Shown: positions 10,044 to 19,933 of the stretch, piece after piece | Position numbering within the stretch: position 1 is the stretch's first letter | Layout of the letters: each line of letters starts with the position of its first letter | Assembly: GCA_965240325.2 (NCBI GenBank) | Contig: OZ251233.1 | Span: forward strand, 1,550,001-1,614,000 | Reading direction: 5' to 3' | Source of the DNA: Rebecca billardiae RCC1528 | Lineage: Eukaryota; Protista; Haptophyta | DNA length: 64,000 bases | Translations under genes and position numbers: made by a program | The notes under the pieces: generated by a model | The model's database searches: none | What the model saw: only the letters and a program-made list of their open reading frames with translations | What the model was told of the DNA's origin: nothing

Positions 10044-11717
10044 TCAGCTGCTGTCGGCATCGTCATCGAGAAGATCGATTTCAGCCACTGTCACCACAGG
10101 CAGCACGCCTGCGTGATGCACAGCAGCAGATGGCTTGACAAGCTCACTCACTCCAGACACCCGTACGTGAGCCACACCGGGCTGCAGCTTGCGCGTGCCC
10201 ACGAGGCCGAGCTCGCGCGCGAGGTCATTGTACACGCGCCACGCCTCCTCCGTCATCGCAAAGCATTGGAGCTCGAGCTCCTCCGGCCTGGGGAAGTTGA
10301 GCTCGCGCGTGTCCACGAGGCCGAGCTCGCGCACGAGGTCATCGTACGCGCGCCCCGCCTCCTCCATTGTCGCAAAGCATCCGCGCTCGCGTCGCACGTT
10401 GCCCTCGTGTTCGAACACGGCGAAAAATGGCTGAGTGCCCCCGCCCTTGGACTGCACGCCGATGAATCGGCGGTTACCCGCGCAGGGCATGTCTCGGCTG
10501 GCTTGCCCCATGCCAGCAGGGCGCCCCTCCGCCTGCTCCATCTTCGCAGGTTGCACCGTGGGCGCCCCCGACAGCTGAGCCTCGCGCTCGCAGCCCGCCG
10601 CGGACGGCGCAGCAGGCCACGGAGGCGACGCAGCGGCCGCGCTCGCTGGAGCGGCCGCCTCGAAAGAGCCCGGGTGAGCAGCATTGTCGCGACTGCCGAG
10701 GGGCGCTGCGGGCCCAGTGCCCTGGGTGACGGTGGGCGGCTGCGGCGCCGCCGCCTGGCCGAGCACGGCAACCTCCGGGGGCAGTACCAGCGGCGGCACA
10801 CACGGCTGAGCTGCGGGCGCAGTCGGCGTCACGACGAGTGCAGCCGAGGGAGGAGCGCCGAGGTCGTGGCTGGCGCAGGCATCCATGCCGGGCCGCTGTC
10901 CGTGCTCACGTGCGCTGCCGGCAGCGGGCTGGTCGCATGGGTACGCGACTGTCAGCAGCTCAGCGGGCGACACGCCGCCCTGCCAGGCACCAGGCCTGAA
11001 GGGAGACCGCAGCCGCTCGTTTCGCTCGAGCTCCTCCAGTCTGGGGAAGTTGAGCTTGCGCTTTCCGACCAGACCTCGCTCGCGCACGAGATCGTCGTAC
11101 GCGCGCGCCGCCTCCTCCTGCGTCGCGAATGGCAGAGTCGCGAACGCTGTGCGCTCTGCCGTCAGCTTGCCAATCCACGGCCGCCGCGCGCACCGCCCGT
11201 GGAAGAGCACGCCGTCGAAGGCGCTGCGTGGCACGGCTGAGACGTGCTCCTGCTGCTCGGCCCCGCGTGCTGCGCTCGATCCGGTGCCAGCGTCTGTGTC
11301 GAGATGACCGCGCGCGCTGCCATCATCAGCCCCGACCACTGACTCAAGGTCGCTGTCCTCGATCTCGGCCCCATCGGGCCTCTCCGCATCGGGAGCTGCG
11401 CCCTCCAGGGGCGCTGCGCGTGGCTCAGCGCGCGAGTCGACGGCATATGGGATCGCTCGCTTGCACGCGGGCGCGTCCTGAGCACCAGCCGTGTCGTTCT
11501 TGCACAGGTCGTGTGCGCGCCGCTTCCGCGGAAGGTTGTCCCGCGCACGGTCCCCTTGCAGGTCCGAGCACGATTCGTCCATCAGCTCGTTTTGAGGCAG
11601 CCGCCCACCTCCTGCCATGCTTGCGTGCAGCACTCGGCCGCCGCCAAGCGACACCACGTTCGCCCCAGCAGGGGGCCAGCTGCCCGGGGCAGGGCTCGTG
11701 TTTGCCCGGGAAGCCAT
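10044..11717 (-). CDS. AP2-domain transcription factor-like protein (two AP2 repeats plus a partial third)
   Basis: FDGV..W....FATQEEAARAYDDLVRERG...KLNFP and FIGV...FATMEEAGRAYDDLVRELG...ELNFP. Start is 11717 or 11618; both ATGs are in frame. Confidence 0.8.
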   Translation of the reverse strand: MASRANTSPAPGSWPPAGANVVSLGGGRVLHASMAGGGRLPQNELMDESCSDLQGDRARDNLPRKRRAHDLCKNDTAGAQDAPACKRAIPYAVDSRAEPRAAPLEGAAPDAERPDGAEIEDSDLESVVGADDGSARGHLDTDAGTGSSAARGAEQQEHVSAVPRSAFDGVLFHGRCARRPWIGKLTAERTAFATLPFATQEEAARAYDDLVRERGLVGKRKLNFPRLEELERNERLRSPFRPGAWQGGVSPAELLTVAYPCDQPAAGSAREHGQRPGMDACASHDLGAPPSAALVVTPTAPAAQPCVPPLVLPPEVAVLGQAAAPQPPTVTQGTGPAAPLGSRDNAAHPGSFEAAAPASAAAASPPWPAAPSAAGCEREAQLSGAPTVQPAKMEQAEGRPAGMGQASRDMPCAGNRRFIGVQSKGGGTQPFFAVFEHEGNVRRERGCFATMEEAGRAYDDLVRELGLVDTRELNFPRPEELELQCFAMTEEAWRVYNDLARELGLVGTRKLQPGVAHVRVSGVSELVKPSAAVHHAGVLPVVTVAEIDLLDDDADSS

Positions 11718-11800
11718 CGTGGGTCCGGGCCCTTTCAGGGCACGACTTGACCGCAGAGCCCCTTGCGCCCGCCCACAGCGTCCTCCTCGCCGTGGCCGCG

Positions 11801-12658
11801 ATGCAGCGGCTCTTCGGCACGGCCAAGCCCAAGGCACCGCGCCCCACCCTGGACGGCGCGTCCAAGTCGGTGCGTTGTTGACTGGTGCCATTCGTGCGCT
11901 GACCTCACGCGCTGCAGCACGCCTGCGCGTGGTGGGATCGGCACGCGCGTGCGCCGACTGGTGGCCGCAGCGCCTGCACCCCCTCCGCGCCGCGTGTGCA
12001 CACGGCGGCGCAGATCGAGGCGCGCGGTGGCGAGCTGGACGAGCGCATCAAGAAGCTGGACCAGGAGCTAGCGCGGTACACGGAGCAGATGCGCAAGATG
12101 AAGCCCGGCGCGGCCAAGCAGCAGGTGCAGCAGCGCGCGCTGCGCGTGCTGAAGCAGAAGAAGCTCTACGAGGGCCAGCGCGACAAGATGGCCAACACGC
12201 AGTTCAACATGGAGCAGGTCAAGTTCGCGCAGGAGTCGATGGTGGACACGGCGGCGACGGTGTCGGCGATGCAGGACGCGAACAAGGAGCTCAAGAAGCA
12301 GTTCAAGCAGATCGACATCGACAAGGTCGAGGACCTGCAGGACGACATGGCCGATCTGCTCGAGCAGTCGGAAGAGATTCAGGGAGTCCTGGGCCGCTCG
12401 TACAACCTCGAGGACGTGGACGAGAGCGCGCTGGAGGACGAGCTGCGCGCGCTGGAGGAGGACCCATCGCTCTTCCAGTCGTACGAGGAGCAGGGCGCCA
12501 TCTCCGCCGCCGAGGAGGAGGCGGGCGTGGCTGACTACCTCTCGCTGCCGAGCGCTGAGACAGCCAAGCCGGAGGCTGGCACCGCGCTGCCCGAGGTGCC
12601 GGCGGCGCAGCAGCCCGCGGAGCAGCAGGCGGCCACACAGCAGAGCGCGGCGCAATAA
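11801..12658 (+). CDS. CHMP5: ESCRT-III CHMP5/Vps60 (Snf7 family), 2 exons: 11801-11869, 12014-12658
   Basis: MQRLFGTAKPKAP N-terminus and ALRVLKQKKLYEGQRD...FNMEQ...IDKVEDLQDDMADLLEQSEEIQGVLGRSY. Phase-0 GT..AG intron at 11870-12013. Confidence 0.95.
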
Positions 12659-13079
12659 TGCCGGCGCGCGAGACGACGACGCGCCTCGCCTCGCGCGCGA
12701 TCCCTGTACGTGCACTGCCTCCGAGTCACGGCACCGACGCCGAGCAGCGTCGAGCCGACGGGTGCTCGGGGAGCAAAAGCGCTCACCACCCCTAAGCTGT
12801 CAGCATCGTGAGTCATCGTCAGGCATGCGGCGACTCGCAATATATAGATCTGCTGCTGCTGCTGTTACGACTACTTCTGACGACGAGTAGAAGACTTTTG
12901 CGACCGTAGTCCGTACGAGTACTCAACGTAGTATTGGCGACATGCATCATCCTACACTGAGTCTTAGTAATAACACTACTCACGTATCACTGCTGACTGT
13001 GACATGTGTAACTCACTGACTCAGTCTCACTCAGAGCTACGTTCACGCGGCACTAGACCTACGGTCTGCACTGGGCCAG

Positions 13080-14702
13080 TCAGCCGTATGAACTACGTGC
13101 CGCTGATGATGATGATGCGTCCGCGGCATTGGCACCACTGCTCGCGTCAGCCGCCGAGGCTGCGGCCGGCTGTGAGTCCGCCCGGTCGGCCCGGGAGCCG
13201 GGCCCGGCCCCGTCGTCGCCGTCCACGTGCAGCACGTCAAAGCCCGCCTCGCCCAGCCTGTGCTGCACGTCGCTGAGGTTGAACGCCCAATCATTGGCGA
13301 CACGCAGCTCGGCGACGCCGCTCTCGAAGCGCGCCCGCGCGTCGATCACCCCGCCCGCCGACGTGAGGATCTGAGAGACGGCCACCTCGCACGCCTCACA
13401 GCCCATGCCATCCAGCTGAAGCCGCAGCGCGACTGTGTTCGAGGTGGGCGGTGCGAGCGCGGGGCCACCGCTCGCGCGCAGGATCTCGGGCAGCAGCGTG
13501 AGCACGATGGATGCCGAGGTGGAGGCGAGCACGCTCCTCCCCGGGAGCCGCTTCGCACGCAGCGCGGGAGCCCACATCGCGCTCAGCCACACCGCCGTGA
13601 GCGCGCGCAGGTGCGGGCGCCACGGGCCAAGCACCGTGTTGAAGCCCGCGCAGCCGACCGCGAGCGTGTTCAGTGCGAGCTGCAGCAGGCAGCAGGAGGA
13701 GGCGAGGAGGCCGAGCACGTACGCGCCAGCGTGCCACAGCCGCGCTGGGAGGCCGGCACCGCCCGCGCCGCCGCCCCGCAGCCGCAGCGCGCCGCTCGCC
13801 CCCGCCCCGCCGGCCGCCTCCTGCCCCGAGGCCGCCGCGGCGGCCGCTCTCAGCTCCAGGCCGCTACTCGGGAAGCCAGCCGCATGCAGCGCGGCGGACA
13901 GGGCCGCCGCCGCCTCCGCGCGCTCGGTGGCGAGGTCCGGCTGCGCCGCCGCGGGCGAGTCCTGCAGGGTGATCCGCGCCTGCTTCGAGTCCACGTCCAC
14001 CTCCACCTTCCTCATCCGCGGCGCGAGCTCGTGCGCGGCGAGCGTGGCCGTGATTTTCTCCCGACAGGCGACGCAGCCGATCGTCGGCAGGGTCAGCGCC
14101 ACCTCGAAGCAAGGCAGCGCGGCGGGGGCGCCGCCGCGCTCGAGCCGGGCCAGGCGGTGGCGGCTCAGCGCGTCGAGGAGCTCCGGGAGGAAGGTGAGGA
14201 TGCTCGCGAGCGCCGTGGACGCGGCCGCCACGGGTATCTGCCACGGCTGGTTGCGCAGCGCCACGTGCCACATCCAGCCTTGCGCGCCCAGCTGTAGGGC
14301 GAGCAGGGTGGGGCGCAGCGGGCCGAGCACCGTGTTGAAGCCGGCGCAGCCCATCGAGATGAGGTTGAGGAGGAGCTGCAGCGCGCAGCACGACGACGAG
14401 AGCAGCGAGATCGCCGTCCACCACGCGAGCTGGTGCGCCGTCCTGAGCGTCAGCAGCTGGAATCGCTCGAGCGCGCGCACGCCCGCGTCGGCGGCTGGCG
14501 GGTACGACGCGGCGAGCGCAAGGAGCGCGCCCAGGCCAGCGAGGTTGAGAGCGAACGCCTTGCCAAACCCAGGGCTCGTCACGAGCGCAGTCCGGCTGCC
14601 GAGGGCGAGCAGGCGTGCCGGACGCGACGGCAGCCGCGGCGCGGCGATGCGCACCATTACTACCCTTGTCCCTTGGTGGAACCACGCTCGCAGAGCGAGC
14701 AT
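13080..14702 (-). CDS. Heavy-metal transport/binding membrane protein with duplicated (MerT-like TM + HMA) module
   Basis: Two TM blocks containing SSCC..QL.LN....GCAGFNTVLGP.RP, each followed by an HMA domain (TIGCVAC; GMGCEAC). Start uncertain (14702 or 14657). Confidence 0.75.
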   Translation of the reverse strand: MLALRAWFHQGTRVVMVRIAAPRLPSRPARLLALGSRTALVTSPGFGKAFALNLAGLGALLALAASYPPAADAGVRALERFQLLTLRTAHQLAWWTAISLLSSSCCALQLLLNLISMGCAGFNTVLGPLRPTLLALQLGAQGWMWHVALRNQPWQIPVAAASTALASILTFLPELLDALSRHRLARLERGGAPAALPCFEVALTLPTIGCVACREKITATLAAHELAPRMRKVEVDVDSKQARITLQDSPAAAQPDLATERAEAAAALSAALHAAGFPSSGLELRAAAAAASGQEAAGGAGASGALRLRGGGAGGAGLPARLWHAGAYVLGLLASSCCLLQLALNTLAVGCAGFNTVLGPWRPHLRALTAVWLSAMWAPALRAKRLPGRSVLASTSASIVLTLLPEILRASGGPALAPPTSNTVALRLQLDGMGCEACEVAVSQILTSAGGVIDARARFESGVAELRVANDWAFNLSDVQHRLGEAGFDVLHVDGDDGAGPGSRADRADSQPAAASAADASSGANAADASSSSAARSSYG

Positions 14703-14995
14703 GGGTCCCCCATGCGCAGAGCGGTAAGGGTGCGTATCGGCCAGCGGCGGCGGCCACGCTTGATGGAGAAGTCTCGCGCGCCTTTCGGCGGTTCGAGATT
14801 CTCGCCGCAACAAACGGCCAACCAAGCTTGGGGTCGTCGACCTCCAAACCGCACGCCTTGCAAGTTGCAACCGCCCTATCGCGTCACCGGACGCTCTGTC
14901 TTTCGAGAGGCGCGCGGCGAGCGCGCGGCGAGGCCCCGAAGATTCGGCCGGCTCGCCGGCCAAGCGCGTGCACATCGCGATCTCCGCGCGGCATC

Positions 14996-15814
14996 ATGTG
15001 GCGCGCGCTGGCTTTTGCCATCGCGCTGGGCGGCGCACAGGCGGACGTGGGCTTCGAGCTGGCGCTGGGCCACGGCGTCGAGAGCCTACATGCGGCGTAT
15101 AGGACGATCTTCGGGCCCCTGGGTGGCAACCGCAACGCCGCCTCGCACCTGTGGGCATCGTACGTGCTCAAGCGCAGCGCGGGCCTCTCGGTTGCCGAGA
15201 TCGACACGCTCTTCAGCGGCTTCTGCCCCGTCTCGGGCTCCATCGTGCGGCCAGGCGACTACAACCGGTACCTACTGCGCTTGAAGACGGCCGACGCGAG
15301 CCGCACGCTCGCGGGGTACATGCACTACTGCTGCTGGCCGTGCGTGTGTGACACGCAGGAGTTCATCCGCGTGGACACCAAGACGGTCGACACGCGCGAG
15401 GGGGCGGCGACCTTCCACTTCGCGGTGATCGAGAACCCGTGCACGAACGCCCACAAGCTGGACGAGACGTTCGTCCAACCCTTCAACATGCGGCAGACCA
15501 CGCTCAGAGCCTCTGCGCCCGCCATCCAGTGCGACGCGGATGGCTCGCTGGTCGGCGCCAGCCTGTCTGACAACGGGCATGTGATCATCGGCATGCTGCA
15601 CGGCGCCACGACGGTAGAGGAGATGCCGCCGCCAGATCCGGCAGCCACGCGCCCAACGAGGGGGCGCATCTCCACCAGCCCGAGCGGCCAGCCCTTCCAG
15701 GACGAGTTTGAGTACAGCGAGATGTGCGAGCAGCGCGCGCATGCGGGGCACAACTCCGGGATGGGAGAGATCTTCCGACGGGTCGCGATGGTCACACCGT
15801 GGCGCCAGCACTGA
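14996..15814 (+). CDS. Secreted Cys-rich protein of unknown function
   Basis: Signal peptide MWRALAFAIALGGAQA, strong GC3 codon bias, motifs GGNRNA, FCPVSGS, CCWPCVCD and SGMGEIF. Confidence 0.75.
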   Translation: MWRALAFAIALGGAQADVGFELALGHGVESLHAAYRTIFGPLGGNRNAASHLWASYVLKRSAGLSVAEIDTLFSGFCPVSGSIVRPGDYNRYLLRLKTADASRTLAGYMHYCCWPCVCDTQEFIRVDTKTVDTREGAATFHFAVIENPCTNAHKLDETFVQPFNMRQTTLRASAPAIQCDADGSLVGASLSDNGHVIIGMLHGATTVEEMPPPDPAATRPTRGRISTSPSGQPFQDEFEYSEMCEQRAHAGHNSGMGEIFRRVAMVTPWRQH

Positions 15815-16520
15815 GGCGACGCGGGATGGCGCGTGCGCGGGCACGGTCATTTGATCGAAGCGGAATGTGGGCCACGCCCCGCAGCCACCGCGGAGCACAG
15901 GTGTGGCAGCCGCGGGGTCAAGCGCGAGCCGCACGGACGAGCGCTGGCTGGGAGTGCATGCGGCCGCCAGAGGCGGACGAGGAGAATGAATGTCGACACG
16001 GCGGAGGAGCTGCAGGTGTTGGAATTGCGCGCGGATGGCTTTTTGTGTGTACAACACTTGGCACGTACGGTGCTGGCGGCTTGGACTAAAGCGCCGTCAC
16101 GTGTTACAGTATTACTGTATGACATGACGACGAGGTGGTCGTGGATGATGATGATATTGATGACTCCGACGCGCGTCACTGTCAGGAGCTTCACGATCGA
16201 AGTCCGCCAGTCGAAGTCGGGAACGAAGCGCAGGCCGAGCGTGCGGCCCTGGCCGAGGAGCCAGCGGACCCTGCTGAGTGAGACGGCCGGCCAGCCCCGG
16301 GCCACGGCCGGAGGCTCGGGCCGCGTCGTACTGGCGCCAACGCTCGGAACGCGCCCCGGCACCCGGACCGACCATGACCGTGTCACATCAGCGCCTGCTG
16401 GGCTAGCAGATCACCCTCAGGCTAGACAGCCTAGATGCCGACAAAAGTACGTCATAACTCATATACTGACTCACTGAGACGTGATTGGCGCCGAAAATTT
16501 GCCAAATTGGCGCGGGCCCG

Positions 16521-17486
16521 TCAGGGCGTCGTCGATGCAGAAGTATCATCACGCTTGACTGCCTGCGGCAGCACATGCGTCAGCCACAAATCGCGCAGTG
16601 CGCCGGCCGCATGCTTCGGAGCGAAGCGCGCGTCCGCGAGGAGCTGCTCGCAGACCAGCAGCAGCTGCACCGCTCGCGCCCGCTCCGCGCGGCCGAACAG
16701 GTGGTGTGTGTGTGGTGACCACGGCTTCTGTGCCTCGAGTATCAAGCGCGCCACCGCACACGGCTCCGACGAAACAACCCCACGCACGCCCGACTCCTGC
16801 TCACGATCCGCGTCGAGCACGGCACGTGCCAGCGACAGTGGCGTGGGAGCGGATGGCCCGGCAGTCGGCTCGCGGGCATGCAGGTCGGCGCCCTCGCGGA
16901 GCAGAGCCGTCGCCTCCGCCGCCGTCAGCACGGAGACGTAGTGCAGCCGGGTGGTCCACAGCGGCGCGACGTCACGCACCCACGCGACGGTGTGCGGGCC
17001 CTGCGGGCCCCAGCCCTGCAGAGCCACTGCACGGCGCTGCAGCGCCGCACAGAATTCCCAGCGCGCGCCGTGTGCGCACAGCAGCTGTGCGACGGCCAGA
17101 GCATCGCGCTCGCACGCGTACCGCAGGGCGCGGGCCGTGGGAGGGTGACCATGCTGGAGAAGGAGGCGCACGCACTCAACGTGTTGGTGCTCCCGGTTAC
17201 AAGCGAAGTCGAGCGCGGTCGAGCAGGAGAGCACACCGCGCTGCGCAGTGAGCTCGACAGTCGCGCCGTGCTCCAGGAGTAGCTGCGTGATGCTCGCATG
17301 GCCGTGTTCGCAAGCCAGCATGAGCGGCGTGAGGCGTGCGTCGTGCAGCCGTTGATCCACGCCCACACCGCAGTGCACGATCAGCTGGCGGACGAGCTCA
17401 GAGTCACCTCGCACGATTGCCGACGAGAAAGTAGCGTAGTCATAGTCGTCGTGGTTGTCAGGCTCCATTGTTGGCGAGGCCGCCAT
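16521..17486 (-). CDS. Ankyrin-repeat protein
   Basis: TPLMLACEHGHASITQLLLEHGA and TALDFAC...VECVRLLLQHG repeats. Confidence 0.85.
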   Translation of the reverse strand: MAASPTMEPDNHDDYDYATFSSAIVRGDSELVRQLIVHCGVGVDQRLHDARLTPLMLACEHGHASITQLLLEHGATVELTAQRGVLSCSTALDFACNREHQHVECVRLLLQHGHPPTARALRYACERDALAVAQLLCAHGARWEFCAALQRRAVALQGWGPQGPHTVAWVRDVAPLWTTRLHYVSVLTAAEATALLREGADLHAREPTAGPSAPTPLSLARAVLDADREQESGVRGVVSSEPCAVARLILEAQKPWSPHTHHLFGRAERARAVQLLLVCEQLLADARFAPKHAAGALRDLWLTHVLPQAVKRDDTSASTTP

Positions 17487-17993
17487 CGTGGCCGCACGGT
17501 TTAAATTTGTTTTTTAGAAACTATGGGGGTCGTAGTACGCGTCACGCGATGAGAACTTGCTGGGTTTGAATGGCGCGCGCGGCGTAATCACCAGGCCCAG
17601 CCGACGATCGGAGTCAACAATAAAGTAATCACCGTCATAGTCGCGACGGCGAGAACCCAACGGATGCGCGCTGAGCCGCTGACGACCAACGACGATGTCG
17701 GATGTGCTGGTGATGACGGATGTCACGCCGCGCCCGGCGGGGCACAGGTGACACTCCGCGTGACAGCGCAGCCGTCGAGCCATCGTCGTCATCGGCGCAT
17801 CAGGCTCGCCGCGCCGTAGTTGTACCTGCCAGGATGGCGGCCCGCGGGCGCCGAGCGTCTTCTCAGCCACGGGGGGAGAGGCGCGTGCGCCGTGCGATGG
17901 TGCACCGCCGAGCCCTGCACGCGTGGCCCACGTCGTGCGCGCTGCTCGCGCCGCCCCGTGCGTGCGCGCCGCGGCCGCGGGCCGCGCGCTCAC

Positions 17994-18542
17994 TCACATC
18001 TCCCCACACTCGGTGATCACGATAGGCAGCTTGGGCTTCGAGTTGGCGCCGACGGCGACGTTCTCGATCTTGCGCACGCAGAGCATGCCGTCGATCACCT
18101 TGCCGAACACCACGTGCTTCCCGTCGAGCCACTCGCACGGGTCGCACGTCACGAAGAACTGGCAGCCGTTCGTGTCGGGGCCGGAGTTGGCCATCGACAG
18201 CAGGCCAGGGCCGACGTGCTTGAGCCCGAACGACTCGTCGGCGAAGGAGTCGCCGTAGATGGAGGCGCAGCCGGTGCCGTCGCCCTTGACGAAGTCGCCG
18301 CCCTGCAGCATGAACCCCTTGATCACGCGGTGGAACGCGCACCCCTTGTACCCGACAGGCTTCCCGCCCTTGCGGTGCTCACCCGTGCACAGCTGGCGGA
18401 AGTTCTCCGCCGTCCGAGGCACGGCGTCGGCGAAGAGCTCGATGGTGATGCGCCCGGCGGGGTGGCCGCCGATCGAGATGTCCATGAACACCACCGGGTT
18501 CCCGCCGGGGCCGGCGCCCGGGATCGAGTTGGGCCCGCTCAT
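17994..18542 (-). CDS. PPIH: Cyclophilin H (U4/U6 snRNP PPIase)
   Basis: Complete cyclophilin domain ([40 protein letters not shown]) with the PPIH-type C-terminus [14 protein letters not shown]. Confidence 0.92.
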   Translation of the reverse strand: MSGPNSIPGAGPGGNPVVFMDISIGGHPAGRITIELFADAVPRTAENFRQLCTGEHRKGGKPVGYKGCAFHRVIKGFMLQGGDFVKGDGTGCASIYGDSFADESFGLKHVGPGLLSMANSGPDTNGCQFFVTCDPCEWLDGKHVVFGKVIDGMLCVRKIENVAVGANSKPKLPIVITECGEM

Positions 18543-18891
18543 CACGCGCGCGAGCGCCGTGCGCCGCGCTACGCGCACTCAGCGCGCTGCGGCCGCGCGC
18601 TCGAGGCCGGGCCGGTCGCGCGCGTTCGGGTCCCACCCGCGCGAGCGCCGGTCCTGCTCGCGCTCGCGGCCACGCCTCGCGCCGACGAGTTGCCGCCCGT
18701 CTCGCCGGCGGGTGCCCGCGCCGGAAGTGCCGCGCTCGGCGACGCCGTGCGCACCGTCGTCGGCTACGACGCGACCAGCGCACGCCTCCAGCTGCAGTGC
18801 GGCGGCGGCTTGCAAGCGCAAAGAAAGCGCAGCTGCGGTCCGGTACTCCGGTCGCGGACCAACCAGCGCGCGCGAGGGCGACGAGTCCACG

Positions 18892-19895
18892 ATGGCGGCC
18901 GCCGACGGCGGCTTCGAGCCACCCTTCTGGGCGACGGAGCCGACGCACGACCTGTCGCTGGACGTGATCAAGGAGGGCGTGATCGTCGAGAAGGTCGACC
19001 TGCGCGGGCGCTCGCACCACGTCCTCGGCCGCATGCCCGAGGCGTGTCAGATCGTGCTGCAGCACCCGAGCGTCTCGCGACAGCACGCCGCGATCGTGCA
19101 CAAGGCGGGCGGCGAGCTCTTCCTCGTCGACCTGGGCTCGACGCACGGCACGACGCTGAACAAGAAGCCCCTCCGCCCGCGCGCGTACGCGCCCCTCGCC
19201 GTCGGCAGCGTCTTCAAGCTCGGCGCCTCTTCGCGGCTGTTTGCTCTCGTCGGCCCTGACGAGCTCCTGCCGCCCGAGACAGACGCTATCCGCCCGCTGG
19301 CGGCGCAGGGCGGCGCGCAGCAGCAGGGCGGTGCGCACCCCAACCCCGCCCACGCCGCCGCCGACGTGGAGCAGCCCGCCCTCGACCTCGACACCGCCTC
19401 GCTCGACGAGCTGCTCGCGCATGCGGATTCGCTCGGCATCGGCCGCAGCGCGCGCCAACGCGAGCTTCTCGACAAGCTGGCGAAGCGGCGGGCGCGCGCG
19501 AGCCACCTCGAGGCGGAGGCGAGCCGGATCGGCGCGAAGGCCGCCGCCGCGGCGGCGGACGACGACGCGCTCGACCCGGGGAGCGCCGTGCCCGACGCTG
19601 TGCGCGAGCAGCTCGACCGGTGCACGCAGCGCGCCGAGGAGCAGCAGTCGGCCGCGGCCGAGCTCGAGGACTTACTCGTCGACTCGCTCCGCGCGCAGCT
19701 GGGGGCGAAGGGCGCGGCGGGCGGGGTCGGGCGCGGCGCGGCGCGGCGGGGCGCCGCCGCCGCGCGCGCCGAGGACGACGACGACGCCTCCTCGGGCGAC
19801 GACGACTTCTTCGACCGCACGAAGGGCGGTGGCAGCGGCGGGCGTGGCGCGGCGCGCGGCGGCGGCGCCAGTGGCTGTGGCCAGGCTGCGGCCGT

Positions 19896-19933
<38 letters not shown>

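Noticed and set aside
18259-18891. 1068-aa version of the FHA protein
   Set aside because: The extension overlaps PPIH antisense; kanadaptin similarity begins at ATG 18892.
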